A DNA stretch of 64,000 nucleotides from Lama guanicoe (taxonomy: Eukaryota), in the NCBI GenBank assembly GCA_013239625.1, contig MU055928.1:30603118-30667117 (forward strand). The letters run 5' to 3'. This document shows positions 24,321 through 37,720 of the stretch, one piece after another. Within the stretch, counting starts at the first letter, position 1. Each line of letters starts with the position of its first letter. The translations under genes and the position numbers were made by a program. The notes under the pieces were generated by a model. The model was not told where the DNA came from. It saw only the letters and a list, made by a program, of their open reading frames with translations, and made no database searches.

Positions 24321-24997
24321 CTGTGGGTAAGAGACTCATTAGGAGAGTTCCTGCCGGGCAAGCCCTTCTTCTCGGGCTTGAGTGTCTGACCCCACTGTCC
24401 AGCCCTGGGACAAGGGCAGAGCCTGTCCTCAGACCTGCAGCTGTGGAAGCACCATGGTGCCCTGCCATCCGGGGTACCACCAAATTGGGGGGATGAGCCC
24501 ACAGGACCTGGAGGTCCTTCACCATGTGCCCCAAAGCATCAAAAAGGCATTGAAGATACTGAAAAATGTTTTGAGACTTCTGGTGGAGGATACAGGCATA
24601 GGGTCTCCTGAAGGAGGAAAGGTGCCCTTGGCTCTCTATACACGTTTAGGATATAACCAAGGGGAATGAGGGAGCAAGAAAGGAGCCACATCAGCTGCCT
24701 GCACAGGGGCAGTGAAGGCAGGCAGGAGAGAGGCCAGTGCATTGAGTGGGTTACACTGATGCAGTGGAAAGCAGAGGGTCTGTCACCAAAGAATGGTGTG
24801 GACACTAGGGCCATGCCTGTCACTTCAGGCTCTGCCTAGTCCACTGAGAGAACTCTCGGGAGACAGTAAGGGTCCCAGGAGAGGGGCTCCCTTTTCAACT
24901 TCATAGGAGGGGAGCACGCGCTGGCCTGTAGGGAGCCCCAGCGTGAGGACACCGGACACTTAGGAGCCCAGACGGAGCAGGAGTTTGTCCCACTCAC

Positions 24998-25145
24998 TTG
25001 AAGGCCCCCGAGTAGCCGAAGTACGGTTCGTGGTTGGAGCAGGCGCACTTGTCCGTTCCTTTCCCCGCACACAGTTGACACAGTTTGGGGAAGGCTGTCC
25101 GATCCGCACAGGGGACACAGCTGGCCGCGAAGAAATTGGACGCTG
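24998..25145 (-). CDS. TF: TF exon 5
   Basis: [49 protein letters not shown]; 148 nt. Confidence 0.94.
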
Positions 25146-25908
25146 CTGCTCAATGTGGAGAAACAGAGGCACAGAGCATGAGCCAGCCTGGCCAGAAGCC
25201 ATTACAGCCCCCGGCCCAGACTTGCGAGGGAATAGAGCGAGACCCAAACAAAACCAGCACCCCCAGACCCAGTTCGCCCTTGTGAGTGTTCACGCTTCAA
25301 GATCAAGGATTTCCGAAGAGGGATGAGTTAACCCCTGCCCTCCCAACCCCTTCCCCAGAACCAGGCCTGTGCCTGCCACCAACCAAGGCCTGTCTTAGGT
25401 CACTGTCAGCCCCCTTCCCTGCCTTATCCGACTGGAACAACTCAGAGAGAGGTCTCCTCTGGGGGCCCGAGAGATTGGGGGACCTGCCTGGAGAGGTGCA
25501 GGCCAAGTTCACGGCCAGCAGATAGCCACCAGAGAAAGCTCCAGCAGAATGGGAAACACATCAGCCACAGACAGGAAAGCACCCCAGGGAAGTGGACAGA
25601 GGGGCCCAGCAACCTTGGCCCTGACTGCAGCCCTCCATCGGGCCTGATGCCCTTCCCCCACCTCCCCACTCCTCAGGACCACTTCTAGTGGGGTGTCGGG
25701 AGCTCTGAGAAAAAAGGACTCTTGTGACAGCCCCTAATGGCTGCCGGTGCAGCAGACCTGCCAGTTTAAAGCTAGTTAACCTCCCATCTCCACTCTCAGA
25801 GTCATCACACGTGACCACTGGATCGTGTCTGAGTGACCCCAGTGTGGCCCGTGTGGGCATCTGGAGAAGAGATGCTTGCCGAGGGCACTCACTCTCCTGC
25901 CCACTTAC

Positions 25909-26085
25909 CTTTCTGAAGAGATTCCTGTGGCTCAGGCAGTTTCCAATAAAGTAAGCCCATGGGGATGTTCCACCCAGCGGACCTGCCAAGGCCTGTGTGG
26001 CAGGACTTCTTGCCTTGGAGCTGGTTCAGCTGGAAGTTACTGCCCTTCTTCACCACGGCCACAGAGTAATATTTGGTTTGTGGAT
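25909..26085 (-). CDS. TF: TF exon 4
   Basis: [59 protein letters not shown]; 177 nt. Confidence 0.95.
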
Positions 26086-26870
26086 CTGCAAAGGCACAAT
26101 GTGAATGAAAGACTCTCAAACTGGGCCCCAGGGAAGCATTGCTCATCACTGCTGGGCTCCTGAGTAAGAAAGGGGAACCCAGGGATAACATTTATGGTGG
26201 GTTGGGTCGTAAAGAGGGAAGGATCAAAAAAACCTCCCTAGGCTTGCTGGGGAAAGAAAGGACCACAGAGGAGACGTTGGTAATAACCCTTCAGGCAAAC
26301 CCAGGAGCACGAAGGCCACGTACACGCACATCCCGATGCTTTTGCCTAGCCTCACACTCTGCGGGGAGTGTCTGCCTTACACCTGCCAAGCCAGGCCCCC
26401 CAGGAGACTGGAACTGTGGCAGCAGAGGCCACATCATGGCTCTGTCTAAGTGTTCCTGTCCCCTGACACAGGCCCAGGGACAGTCGGGTTGCTCTCAGAA
26501 GAGATGCAGGGCTGTCAGGGCACTGACTCTGTGGTCTCTCCCCTGAGTGGGATTCTTGGCGGGCTCCTCTTTACAGCTCCAAGCCCCAGTGGTTCAGCTC
26601 GGTGGCGCACAGCCTGCTCTGTTTCTCCAGAGAGCACACATTATGGCCCGGGAGGTCCGCATCATGAGCACCAGTCCTCAAGCAGCCCAAAGACCCAGAA
26701 CCCTTGAGCTGTGCCTGTGGTGGTCGATGGGGTCCCTCATTCCCCATTCACTCCCCAGCGGGGGGAAGCTCGTCAGGATCTAACCCCCATTACCAGCCCA
26801 AATGAGACAAGCATCTACCAGGAGAGAGCAAAGGCCACAGACGCCTTCCTCTGCCCCCGGGGAGACTCAC

Positions 26871-26979
26871 CATCTTTTGGCCCATAGAACTCTGCCACGA
26901 CCGGCTTTAGGCTGTAGGGCTTCAGGCCGGCCTCGAACACCAAGCCCGCGTCCAGTGTCACAGCATCAGCTTCATCGTC
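26871..26979 (-). CDS. TF: TF exon 3
   Basis: [36 protein letters not shown]; 109 nt. Confidence 0.95.
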
Positions 26980-27739
26980 CTGGAAGAGACCAGACCAGAC
27001 TCCAATGAAGCCCTTACGTCCGAGGAAGGCCTACCCATACTTGGGCACATGGGGGTGACTGGCAGGGCTCCCTGGATCTGGGGCCGAGACCTCACACAAC
27101 ACCACGGGCTTCAGTTGACTCTCCCTCCCTGGTGAAGGGGATTTGGCCACCACGTTTTTACTCCTCGTGCAGAGAGGAAGGAATGGCTCATTTTTCTCTT
27201 TTCCCTGGTGAAGAGTCCAGCTCTCGGCCCAGAAAACTATTGTGATTTTTCAAGATTGACCTGAATTACAGAGGCTTTACCAGCAGGCCTCTTGGGGGAA
27301 ACCTGCCCCCCGCCACCCAGCACCAGCCTGGGTGCAATGGCCAAGCACGACCGGCTCTGAGAGGCTGCGGTCAAGGTCTCGGTTCCCCCCCTTGGCCCTG
27401 CTCTTATGCAAGTTTACATTTCAAGCCAGGTGCTTGCCTTTGGTGACCTCCTTATCGTGGGCCTTCTGCTGAGGTCTTCCTCAGGCGCCTCTGTCGAGAC
27501 TGCCTTATGGCGGAAGGGAGCCTTGAAAACACCCTTCTCTACTCTGATTTAATACCCAGTACTTTTCCTTCCTGCCCTGGGTCCACATAACTGCAGGAGT
27601 CTTTTGTTCAGGGATTGCTGCTGTCTCTGGGTTTAACTTCTTTCTTATTTTCTGAACTGAGTGTTAAATGCTAATTATTACATCTATTATGGCTGATGGT
27701 TCATTTGATCAACTACTCAGACGCCACTGTCCAACTCAG

Positions 27740-27850
27740 CTGCATTTTACACATACAAAAATAGAGGCACAGAAAGTTTAAGTCACTTCCCCTGGCCACA
27801 GAGCTAGTAAGTCATGGGGCTGGGGTTTGAATCCAGGCAGTGTGGGTTTA
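27740..27850 (-). mobile_element. MIR fragment
   Basis: gaggcacagaaagtttaagtcacttcccctggccacagagctagtaagt...tttgaatccaggcagt. Confidence 0.65.
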
Positions 27851-28699
27851 TTTCTTCCAATACACTGTTACTTGCTGGTTCTTTTGCTTTTGTTTTTAGT
27901 TTTTGCTTCTACTAATTCCCATCTTTAAACCAATAGTTCATTTGAAAGATTATAGATAACTTCCCACTATGTCTAGAATTTATCTTCTCTTAAAGTGAGA
28001 AACACTGTCTCTTTTTTTTTAGCACTGTCTTTTATATAGGCACTTAATAACATATTTTAATTGCCTTTTTTCTTGCTTCGAGTATCTTTAATCAGAATGA
28101 TTTTCTTGAAGCCTTTGCTGGTACTCCATAAATAGTTCTTATTGATTTAAATTACAAGGCAGAAACTATAGCTCCATGATTTGTGTCCTGTTACAGGTAA
28201 GTAATAAAACAATACTATTTCTAAATGAAATAAAATAATAATGTAAGCCAAACTATATATTTATCTAGCTGAAACTTTTCTTTCAATGGTTGAAATTGTT
28301 TCTGTCTTTTTGTTGTAATAAAGCGTATAACATAAAATCTACCATTTAATAATTTTTAAGTATACATTTCAGTGCCATTGAAAACATTCGCAACTGGTGA
28401 AGGACTCTCTTATTTCACAACTAGACTCCGTATATGACAAAATCTTTGTGTCTTTCTTGATATCTCAAAGGGTAGGTGAAATCTCCGGAGGCTCTCCTCA
28501 CCCACCCCAAAAGGAAATTAGTAAACAAACAAGAGCTTTTTCTAGAGCAGTGAGGTTGGGGCTTTCTTGGTCCAGACACCAGGAGTCTGGGCAAGATTCA
28601 CTGGGGCCTCAGGGGCTCCGGAACCAACGAGCCAAGTCCCAGCTCATGGGGTCCATGAGAGCAACAGAGGTTCCCAAGGGAACCCGAACCAGCAGGGAG

Positions 28700-31500
28700 G
28701 GGGAGGATTAAAATCACACGTGACCTCCCGGCTGCAGATAACCAAACCCACAAAGAGGCAGGCCACAATGCATGGACATCAACAGGAACAAGAGACTTGG
28801 GCCCCCAAGGACTGTGGAGGTTGGAATTGTCAGAAGCAATGAACAAGCGCTACAACGTGTGTACTTTGTGTGCAAAGTGAAAGCTACAATCATGGAGATA
28901 AGCACAGAGAAGGAAATTATCAGGGACAAAAAGAAAAATTGTTTAAACTGGTGCTTCTAGAAGCAAAGCAGTATAACTGTTGAAATAAAAAGTGAACGAA
29001 TCAGCAACAAGTTGAGTAGACATGTTAAATTGAGAATTAGGGAACCAGAAGCGATACCTGAAGAATTTATCCTGGGTGCTGCTAAAAAGAGGTGCAGAGA
29101 CAGAAGCTATGAAAGAGGGGTTAAAAAATATGGAAGCTAGATTAAAGAAGGCCTAACATGTGTCTTCTTGGGATCCTAGCATTAAAAAAAAAGAACTGAA
29201 GAAAGGGCAGTATTTAAAGAGATAATGCTGCAAATTTTCCAGGACCGATGAAAACCGTAACTCCAAAGATCTAGGATATTCTTAGCAAGATAAGTACCAA
29301 GATTTCATAACTGGAAATACCATAGTGAATATATGGAGCATCCTAGACCAAGGGCATGAAATCTCAGGGTTATCCTGAGAGAAGATGATTGAAGGAATAA
29401 CAGGGTAACACCAGACTTTTCAATGACTGCAATGAAAATCAGGAGACAGTGGAATACGATTTTAAAACAGTATAAAAATGTCAAGCTAAAATTATACATT
29501 CAGAAAAATTATCATTCAAGAATAAGGGGACGATTAAAGCATTTGCAGACAAAACAAACAAGCAAACAACAGAGAGAGTTTAACACCAAGAGACTGACTC
29601 TAAAATAGCATCAAAGGAACATATTTCAAGAAGAAAACATATTCCAGAAGGATGGTCTGAAATATAAGAAGAAATGGTAAACAGATCAAATGGCAAAAAC
29701 GTTAGGTAAATCCAAATCTCTCTTTCTCTCTCTCCTCCCTCCCTCTTTCTGAATTTTTTGGTATGTACACACACACATATTTGTATAGTATTTATATGTA
29801 CTGTCAACAAATATATGAAATATCTACATTCCAGGGTTAAGAAAAGATAGACATAAAATATCAAATAGTAATATCTAATCAGGGAAGAAGGAAGTCTGAG
29901 TTACTGTATTTCAGTTTTTTTATTGTTTCAGAAGGGGACTCAGGATTATTTTACTGTAAAATTTGTTAAGCTAAAATTATACAGTAAAAATTGAAAGGAA
30001 ATCATTAAAGAATATAAATAAATCATTTAAGTTTATTACCAGTGGGGGAAAAGAGGAATAAAGGGAGAACAATCTAAATGAACACACACATGTACAAACT
30101 CAATTTTTAAAAATCAGAAATTAGGGGGCAAGCAGGACTAAGAGAAATGAAAAAGTAATATGGCAGAAATAAGTCAAAATTTATCAATGATAATGATTAT
30201 TATTGGTCTAAATTTACCATGTAAAATAAATAAGATTGTCAGATTGCATTAATAAACAAAATCCAGCAATATACAGTTTTCAAAAGAGACACCTGAAGGA
30301 TAAACACATAGAAAGTCAAAAATAAAGGAATGGAAAAAGACTCAGTATTTATACAATGGAATACTACTCAGTCATAAAAAGAATAAAGTAATGCCATTTG
30401 CAGCAACATGGATAGATCTAGAGATGGTCATTCTAAGTGAAGTAAGTCAGAAAGAGAAAGAAAAATACCATATGATATCACTCATAGGTGGAATCAAAAA
30501 AAAAGAAAAAAAAAGGACATTATGAACTCATCTACAAAACAGAAACAGACTCGCAGACATAGTAAACAATTTTATAGTTACTGGGAGAAAGGGGGTGGGA
30601 AGGGATAAATTTGGGAGTTTGAGATTTACAAATGTTAGCCACTATATATAGATTTTAAAAAAGTTTCCGCTATATAGCACAGGGAACTATGTTCAATATG
30701 TTGTAATAACCTTTAATGAAAAAAAAGATGAAAACGAATATATGTTCTTTATACACTCATGACTAAGACATTGTGCTGTACACCAGAAATTGACACATTG
30801 TAACTGATGGTACTGCAATAAAAAAAGGAAAAGATACAGAAGGAGAATACTAACCAAAATAGATTTGATGTAGTATGTTAATATCAGAAAAATAGAGGTT
30901 AGTCAAAAAGCACTGACAGAGATAATGATTATTTCATAATGATAAAATAGCAAATTCACCAAGAACGATATGGATTAGTCTCTCATACACTGCTGGTGAG
31001 AGTGGAAATTGGAATAACTACATTGGATTTGCTTAAAACCCAAATACATTTGGCATTGTCTTAAAAGTAAAATACTCACATATCCCATGGCACAGAAAAT
31101 CTGCTCCTACATCTATATTCAAGAAAAACTATTAATACTTGTGTCCCAGGAGATTTGTATAGAAATACTCCTCAAGCCCTGATTAGAAAAACAAAAAACT
31201 GGAAACAATCCAAATGCCTAATGACCCGAAAAGAAAAAATAAATTGTGGTACCCTAACACAATGGACTTTTGTAGAGCTCTCAAAATGAATGAACAATAG
31301 GGGTGAAATCTTAGCATAATATTGTGGGGGGAGAAAAACAAGTATAAGAAGACAGCACATAGTAAAGTCATGTTTATAAAATATTTTAAGAAGCAAAACT
31401 ATATGAACGTTCACACATACCTATAAAAGTCTTGAAACTAAGATAAAAGGCAAGAAAGTTTAAGGATTCTGTTTGCGCTGGATGGGGAAACTCATAAGTA
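28700..31500 (+). mobile_element. Old degraded L1 (ORF1, ORF2 and 3' remnants) in TF intron 2
   Basis: A-rich plus strand with ORF1-like remnant RRQWNTILKQ and L1 motifs; boundaries approximate. Confidence 0.65.
30340..30826 (+). mobile_element. Younger 5'-truncated L1 3' end nested in the old L1
   Basis: atacaatggaatactactcagtcataaaaagaataaagtaatgccatttgcagcaacatggatagatctagag...caataaaaaaa; flanked by ggaaaa(a)ga. Confidence 0.85.
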
Positions 31501-32689
31501 GTTGTAAGTAGGGCAAGTGGGTTACATCACCCCGAGTGGTGCTGTTCCCACAGAATCCAGTGCAGCCACACAGCCGCCCTAGAAGTGAGCTATTGTTAAT
31601 GACAAAGTTCCAAGAACCTCTAGTGGGTTTGTGGATAACATTGTTTCATATTATTAATATATTTAAAAACAAAGAGGGGCATGCATATACCAAAGCTGAA
31701 AGCATGTAATAAATCAAGAATTATAATTAACCCATGATAGTAACTGAGGTTCAGTTTTTTTTAAAAAACCACGGAATAGTCCAGTTGTTTGTACCAAATC
31801 ACTGATCCTTGAGTTAATCATGCTCCATTTGGCTGAGTAAACCTCTCCCACCTCATTCTTCCTTCCAGTCTCCTGCCGGCTCTGCTCTTGTCACCCTAGC
31901 CTCCCTACAGAAACCCAAACAAGCCCAGCTCTCCCCATGTCTCAGGCCCTTTGCACACGGTATGGTTCATCAGCTGGCATATTCTACCCATGGCCCTTGG
32001 CAAGCTTACCTGTGCTCATCCCTGGGGTTTCAGCTTCATTGCTCATTGTCCCTGACACCCAGGCCAAAGCAAGTTTCCTCTGAGAGTTTCTGTTTCTTTT
32101 CCTTCGTTGTCCATCACACAATTTGAAATTACATGTCTACTTATTTGCATGTTTTTCTTCTCTCCTGACTAGACTGTATGCTCCTCAAGAGCAAGGACCA
32201 TGCGTGTTTAAATTCACCACTGCAGCCCCATTGCCCAGCACAGGGTCTGACACATGTTCAGATGGGCAGGAACAATGCTGAAGGAGTGAAGAGTATTTGG
32301 AAAACCTAGAAATCAAAGGGATCGGCCATCATCTGCAGTCATGACGGTGTATTCCTCTTCCCTGTGTGCATCATTCATCTACATCTTGCAATGCATCGAG
32401 AACTTCCAAAACAGTGTTACATGGTCATCTTGATAGTAAGCACTCTTGTTTTATTCTCTGAGTTCAGAGAACTTAGTGGCTCAAAATCGTCCCCTTTCAG
32501 AGTATGTTGGATTTTGCTTTACGACTCATCAAAGGTGGACCGATCCTATTTCCACTTCTGAAGTGATTTTATCAGCAGTAGGAGTTGGCTGCTCCCCACG
32601 CCGCCCCCTACCTGTGAGTACAGAATCACCTCAGGAGAAAGAGAAAGTATGGGTTTTCTTCCACTCTCCTTTAGGCAGCAGTGACTTAC

Positions 32690-32859
32690 CGCAATGGCCT
32701 TGATGCAGTCGAGATAGCTGGTTTTCTTTACGCAGGAGACAACAGGACCAGCCTCAAGGACAGTATTCATATTTTCACGGAAACTGGAGCACTTACTGGC
32801 TTCATGACTTGAAACGGTGCACCATCTCACAGTTTTATCAGGGACAGCCAGGCACAGCC
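32690..32859 (-). CDS. TF: TF exon 2
   Basis: (G)[56 protein letters not shown]; 170 nt; mature N-terminus VPDKTV. Confidence 0.95.
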
Positions 32860-33289
32860 CTAGGGAGAGACACCAGAGATCCCTGTGTCAGTGGGAGACA
32901 GCTGCACCCACTTCGGAAGGGTCATGAAGGCTGCATCCCCTCTGTCCTGCCCTCCTTCCACTCCTGTCCACAAACAATGAAGGGCATGGGCTCCGCTACA
33001 CTCTGAGTCTGGGGACAAGTGATGGGCACACCAGTGGCCTCTTAGTTTCCCACTGACCAGCCTGTGCTGGTCAGAGGGATGCCGGCTTGACCATCAGCTC
33101 TCAATTGGAGACAGTGATCTGCTCCTCTGTTCTCTGAGTCTCCTTCATTCACCGTCATGGCCTGTGACCTGCCACGGGACACAGACTTCAGGATGCACAA
33201 GGAAGTTTTAGCTACATCAAGGTGTTGGCTCAGTGCTACAACTCTGGGAAGCCAGAAGGGTAGGCATTACATCTTTTAGTATTTAGTAT

Positions 33290-33400
33290 CTTTTAGAGAT
33301 GAGGAAACTGGGCTCAGAGAGGGCTACTTTACCCAAGGTTACCTAGCCTGTTAGTAGCTGGTCGCTAGTTAGTAGACCAGGTCTCCAGACTTTGGTCTCT
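33290..33400 (-). mobile_element. MIR fragment
   Basis: ttttagagatgaggaaactgggctcagagaggg...cccaaggttac. Confidence 0.6.
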
Positions 33401-34855
33401 GCCCAGGGAACAAAAGAAGATAACGTTGAGTTGTTTTCCATCTTCTTGGCCAGTAGATAGGGGTAAATGACTGATGAAGCAACGAATTTGTTTGTGACAC
33501 TTGTCTGTCATCCTCTGATTCAGGAATAACTAGAAACTCCACGTATTGAATGTTTTTCTCTGTTTCTGATGATCCATCCCTCAATTTCTACCATTAGGCT
33601 TTTTGGCTGCCACTGGGAGAAGCTAAAGCCAGCCATGTCTGTAGTTATTAATCCACATGTTTGCAGACATGTTGTCCCCATGATGTGAGCATTTGGCACT
33701 GCCCCCAAAGCCCTCTGTCATTTCTTCTCTGTGGACTAACAGTACAGGGCTGACTTAGGGAAGTTGATGAATATCCGCAAAGCACAAAGCAGGAGCAGGG
33801 AGGGAATGGCTCTCCCAGATAGAAAAGGAGGGGCCGTAGGGAATTACTCCCCCAAGCACCCTTTATTCTACCTCTGCCTTTGGGAAATCAAAGCAGGCAA
33901 CAGGGGGTCAGTGGTAGGTCCTCCCCAAAACCACTTCTCCAAACCCTCCCCAAACTACCCCTCTTGAGGTCCCAGGGCAGGAATTTGCCCTCAGTCATAT
34001 ATTTACTTTCCACAGCCCTATGAGATTTTTCTGAAGTTGGGAAGAGGGGAGGGCAAAGGCAGGCAAGGTGGGTGGACTCTCAAGGGCTAACTTTTTCAGG
34101 AGAGACAAATAACCTCACACAGAAGGCTCCAAAGATATGACAAATGCCCCATGAGTGGCAGGCAAAAGTTAGAAGATACAGGGGGCCCAACAGTTTCAAG
34201 AGATGATGGGTGTGGGATTGCCATCCAGTGACAGGCTCTGAAGCACAGATGGTGTGCAGCAAAGTCCACTCCACTAGTGCCTGGATCTGTGGTCTCATTT
34301 ATTCTCACCTGACCCCCAGTCCAGGCTATCCTACCCTTCTCACTGCTAAGGACCCAAAAAGTTTGGCTTCAAATTCCACACTCTGAACCCCTTGACAGCC
34401 CTGCCTCATTAGCGGGCCATGGAAAGCATCAACAGCATCCATGGGGCATGAGACCATCCTTGGGGATTGGGGCACATTGGGGGAGGTCTTGAAAGCCATT
34501 CTAAGCTGTTTGGACTTGCTTGAAACCGCAGCGAAGGGATTTGCTAAACCATGATGGAAGTGCCCCAATTTATTGTATTCCCCTACTACAAGATTTATTG
34601 GATACGAGGAGGAGGAAGCAAGGAGAGCGTGAAAAGGTGGCAGAGGCACAGGCAGCACCAGCAGATGCAAGCTGGTGTAAAGCTGCCCCATAGCTGTCCC
34701 CGAGGCTGTGCTGAAGGAGGTGCAGAGGGGCGGCGGAGAGAAGTAAAGGAGAGGTCTCGGGCTTCCAGCCAGAACACTAAGCCCAGGGCCGGTGCGGCGG
34801 GCTCCGGGGCGCAGGGGGCTCGGCGACTCCGGGCCTTCCCAGGGCCCGCACTCAC

Positions 34856-34898
34856 CCAGGACCGCGCAGGCCAACAGGGCGCGGACGGCGAGCCTCAT
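34856..34898 (-). CDS. TF: TF exon 1 coding part (signal peptide)
   Basis: ATG at 34898: MRLAVRALLACAVL then G|GTGAG; 43 nt. Confidence 0.96.
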
Positions 34899-34959
34899 CC
34901 TCCCGGGGTCTGCGGTGCGATGCGATGGGGAGTGCCAAGCACAGAGGGACCTGCTTCTG

Positions 34960-35115
34960 CGCCTCCTCCCTGCGTCCCGCGCCTCTTTATCCCCCGCGGG
35001 GCTGGCCAAGCACAATCTTTGACCTCCTATGTTTGCGCAGCCCGCTTGCCCAATCTCCCCTCAGCCCTCCCCCTTCTCTCCGCGCCCTGGCTGATCACCT
35101 CATTTCCTGACCTCT
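34960..35115 (-). promoter_or_regulatory. TF proximal promoter
   Basis: GATAAA TATA-like box 34991-34986; AGGTCAAAGATTG HNF4/COUP-type PRI site about 35025-35013; ATTGGGCAA C/EBP-type PRII site 35054-35046; order matches the known TF promoter; TSS inferred near 34962. Confidence 0.85.
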
Positions 35116-35703
35116 GGGACGGACCCATGGATGGAGTCCAGCAGAAAAATGCTGATTGGAGGGAAAGAAAAATCAACCCGTTGTTAACGCGCACTTGTTC
35201 TGTGCCAGGAGCAGAGCTGCCCAGGGCAGGGACGGGGATGGCTCTGCTTCCGAATCCCGAGGTGCCAGAGCTGGTCGTGCGCATTCCGTAGATGGAGAGG
35301 GAAGGGCACTGCCCCAAATGCAGACCAGAACAGGGGAATACAGGCAAAGACCTTCCTGGGAGAGGATGTGAGAGAAGAATGAAGCTGGTCTCGAGTCAAA
35401 AACAGGCCAAGCCTCCTTCACTTGTTGCCAGGTGCCCCCAGAAATCCTGCTCTGTCCTGGACCCTTAAAGCCCGGCGGAGGAACTGGCCCTCCCCTTGCG
35501 CACAGACCCGGGACTGATAACCTTCCTTCCCGTCATGCAGTCTGCTGGACACCTTGGCTAGGGACAGAGTTACAAGGGAGTCCGAGTCTCTCCTTCAAGA
35601 AGCTGCCCGGGAATGTGGTCAAGACTCTGTGACACACAGAACAAAGTGACACAGGCGCACAAAGAAAGGGACCCAGGAGAGGATGTCGCCTGATCTCAAG
35701 GCC

Positions 35704-36776
35704 CTGGGTCATCCCTGGCTCCCTCCAGAAAAGTGGTCTCCAAACCATTTTGATAGCCCATCATTATCCGGAAAATACTGAGGCGGTCCATTCTATGTAT
35801 ATACTTTTAAAACTAGTATTATGTACATTTCAATCATGAGAGGAATAGAAATTTTTTTAAACAATGAGACAAAGATGAAACATTTATTTTAAAATCTCTA
35901 TTTATTCTGCCCTATACACAATGAACAATATTTCAAGGTAAAATACGCACTTAGGGAAAGGGCAAAGTTTCTGATAGTAGCTGTAAATTATCAAGATAAT
36001 TTTAGGATTTTCTTAAGTTACTTCTTAACCAATCCAATCAGATGACCATTGTTTTTGGTCCTATTTACACTAACAGATTTACACTAGATGTGTCAGTAGT
36101 GTCGTCTGATTTCTGTTCACCTGTGTTAGTATTACCAGAATCATCTAATTCTCGTTTCTTTGCAGGAATCTTTCTAAGGCATTGGTGCATTTTGTGAGGT
36201 CTGAGGAGTTAAGCCACATTGCCTAGTCTGTGCGTCCGCTGTGCTGGGCACGTGCAAACCGCAAAATGTGGAGTCACAAAAGCCGAAAGCAAAGGACAAG
36301 TCAGGGAGTCGCACCTCCCAGCACCCCTTCCCCCACCCCTCCCCTTGTGAGGTGTTCCCTGTCATTCTTCAGGACACCTCAAAGCCCCTCCGTGATGCGT
36401 CGGCCCGGCCTGTAGACCAGGTGCGAGACAATACTCATCCCCATGTGAAATAGGGGTGTTAACTTGTTCAGCTTTTGCATGAAGAGTGAATGTAACCGGA
36501 AGGTAAGTTCTATTTCCCACACCCCAGTAAGCTGGCTCACATACAAGGAGTTACACACACCCCACCGCAGAGAGCATTGCTTTAGCAGGGGCTTTCTGTC
36601 TATGGTAAGGACATATGGTAAGGACAATCCCAGCCCTCCAAATCCCTGCCCTACCATGAAGAAGAGTGGCAGCTGCCGCCCTTCCTCAGCCCCTGCCCTC
36701 GTGGGCCCTCCTCCTCAAGCCTTGGGGAACCCAGGTTTGGAGACCACTTTGCTGGAGGGAGCCAGGAATGACCCAG
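35704..36776. repeat. 43-bp inverted repeat pair (41/43 identical) at 35704-35746 and 36734-36776, possibly enclosing an old hAT-type element
   Basis: Reverse complement of the left arm ggtttggagaccacttttctggagggagccagggatgacccag versus right arm ggtttggagaccactttgctggagggagccaggaatgacccag. Confidence 0.9.
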
Positions 36777-37519
36777 CAGGCATTAGGGGAGGCTGGCTTC
36801 ATGTGGGGAACCTTAGGGTACAGAGATGAAGCTGGAGGTAGAAAGTCAGAGGCAGGGCTGGCTGGGAGGAGACTCCACAGAGCAGGATGCCAACACACAT
36901 CTGAGACCTTCTGCAGGCCCTGCATGAGCTTGCAGAGTCTGCCCAGAAGCAGGAAGGAGAGTTGCCAAGTGTGGAGCTAATCCACCAACTCAGGGCAGCT
37001 CAGTGGAGAGCATGGCGGGCAGATGGACCATGATCCTCCCCCTGGGGCCCTCCTGCACTCACACAGTGAGCCTTTCCTGAGGCAGCGCCTCTGGGAACGG
37101 GCCCACAGCCTAGCCCGAGTCCCTCAGAGAGACCACTCTGGCCAGCCAACCCCACGCCCTGCCTCAATGGAGCCCTCTGAGTCTAAGGCCGAGACGTGCA
37201 GGGAGAAAAAGTGCACAGCCCAGGGATCTGAAGGAGGGCCGGAGGAGACACAGAGAACCAGATCCACCATCATCTGCTCATGTGGACCTTAGTTCCTGCT
37301 CAGGAGGACAAGCTAGAGTGTCTGCCACTCCCCGGAGGCAGGGGAAAGGCCAGCTGTGGTGTATATGTTCACCCACCTTGGCTGTAAGGCTGGTTGGATG
37401 GGGGTGTGTGGAGGAGAGAGGTTAAAATATCAGTGTTCCGTGTCCTTGGTGGCCCATGACACTTGTCCCTGCGCTCTCCCATGTGGTGTTTAATTCTTTA
37501 CTGGAAACACTCTGGAGCT

Positions 37520-37720
37520 GGCAAGCTCATTGTCCCTCTTTTACAGCTTAATGATGGCTAACAGCTACTGAGATTCACTGGGCCCTTACCACAGCTGTCC
37601 GAGATTGGTACATTAGAATCCCATTTTACAGATGAGATGAGGAAACTGAGGCCCTAAGGGGTTAACAACTTGTCAGGGTCAGCTGGTGAGCCAGGTGCAA
37701 AATTAGGCAGTCTGCTTCCA
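37520..37720 (-). mobile_element. MIR fragment(s)
   Basis: cccattttacagatgag...gaggaaactgaggccctaaggggttaacaacttgtcagggtc. Confidence 0.65.

Noticed and set aside
34326-35291. 229-aa minus and 246-aa plus ORFs over TF exon 1
   Set aside because: GC-rich sequence depleted of stops; only the 43-nt signal-peptide exon resembles a known protein
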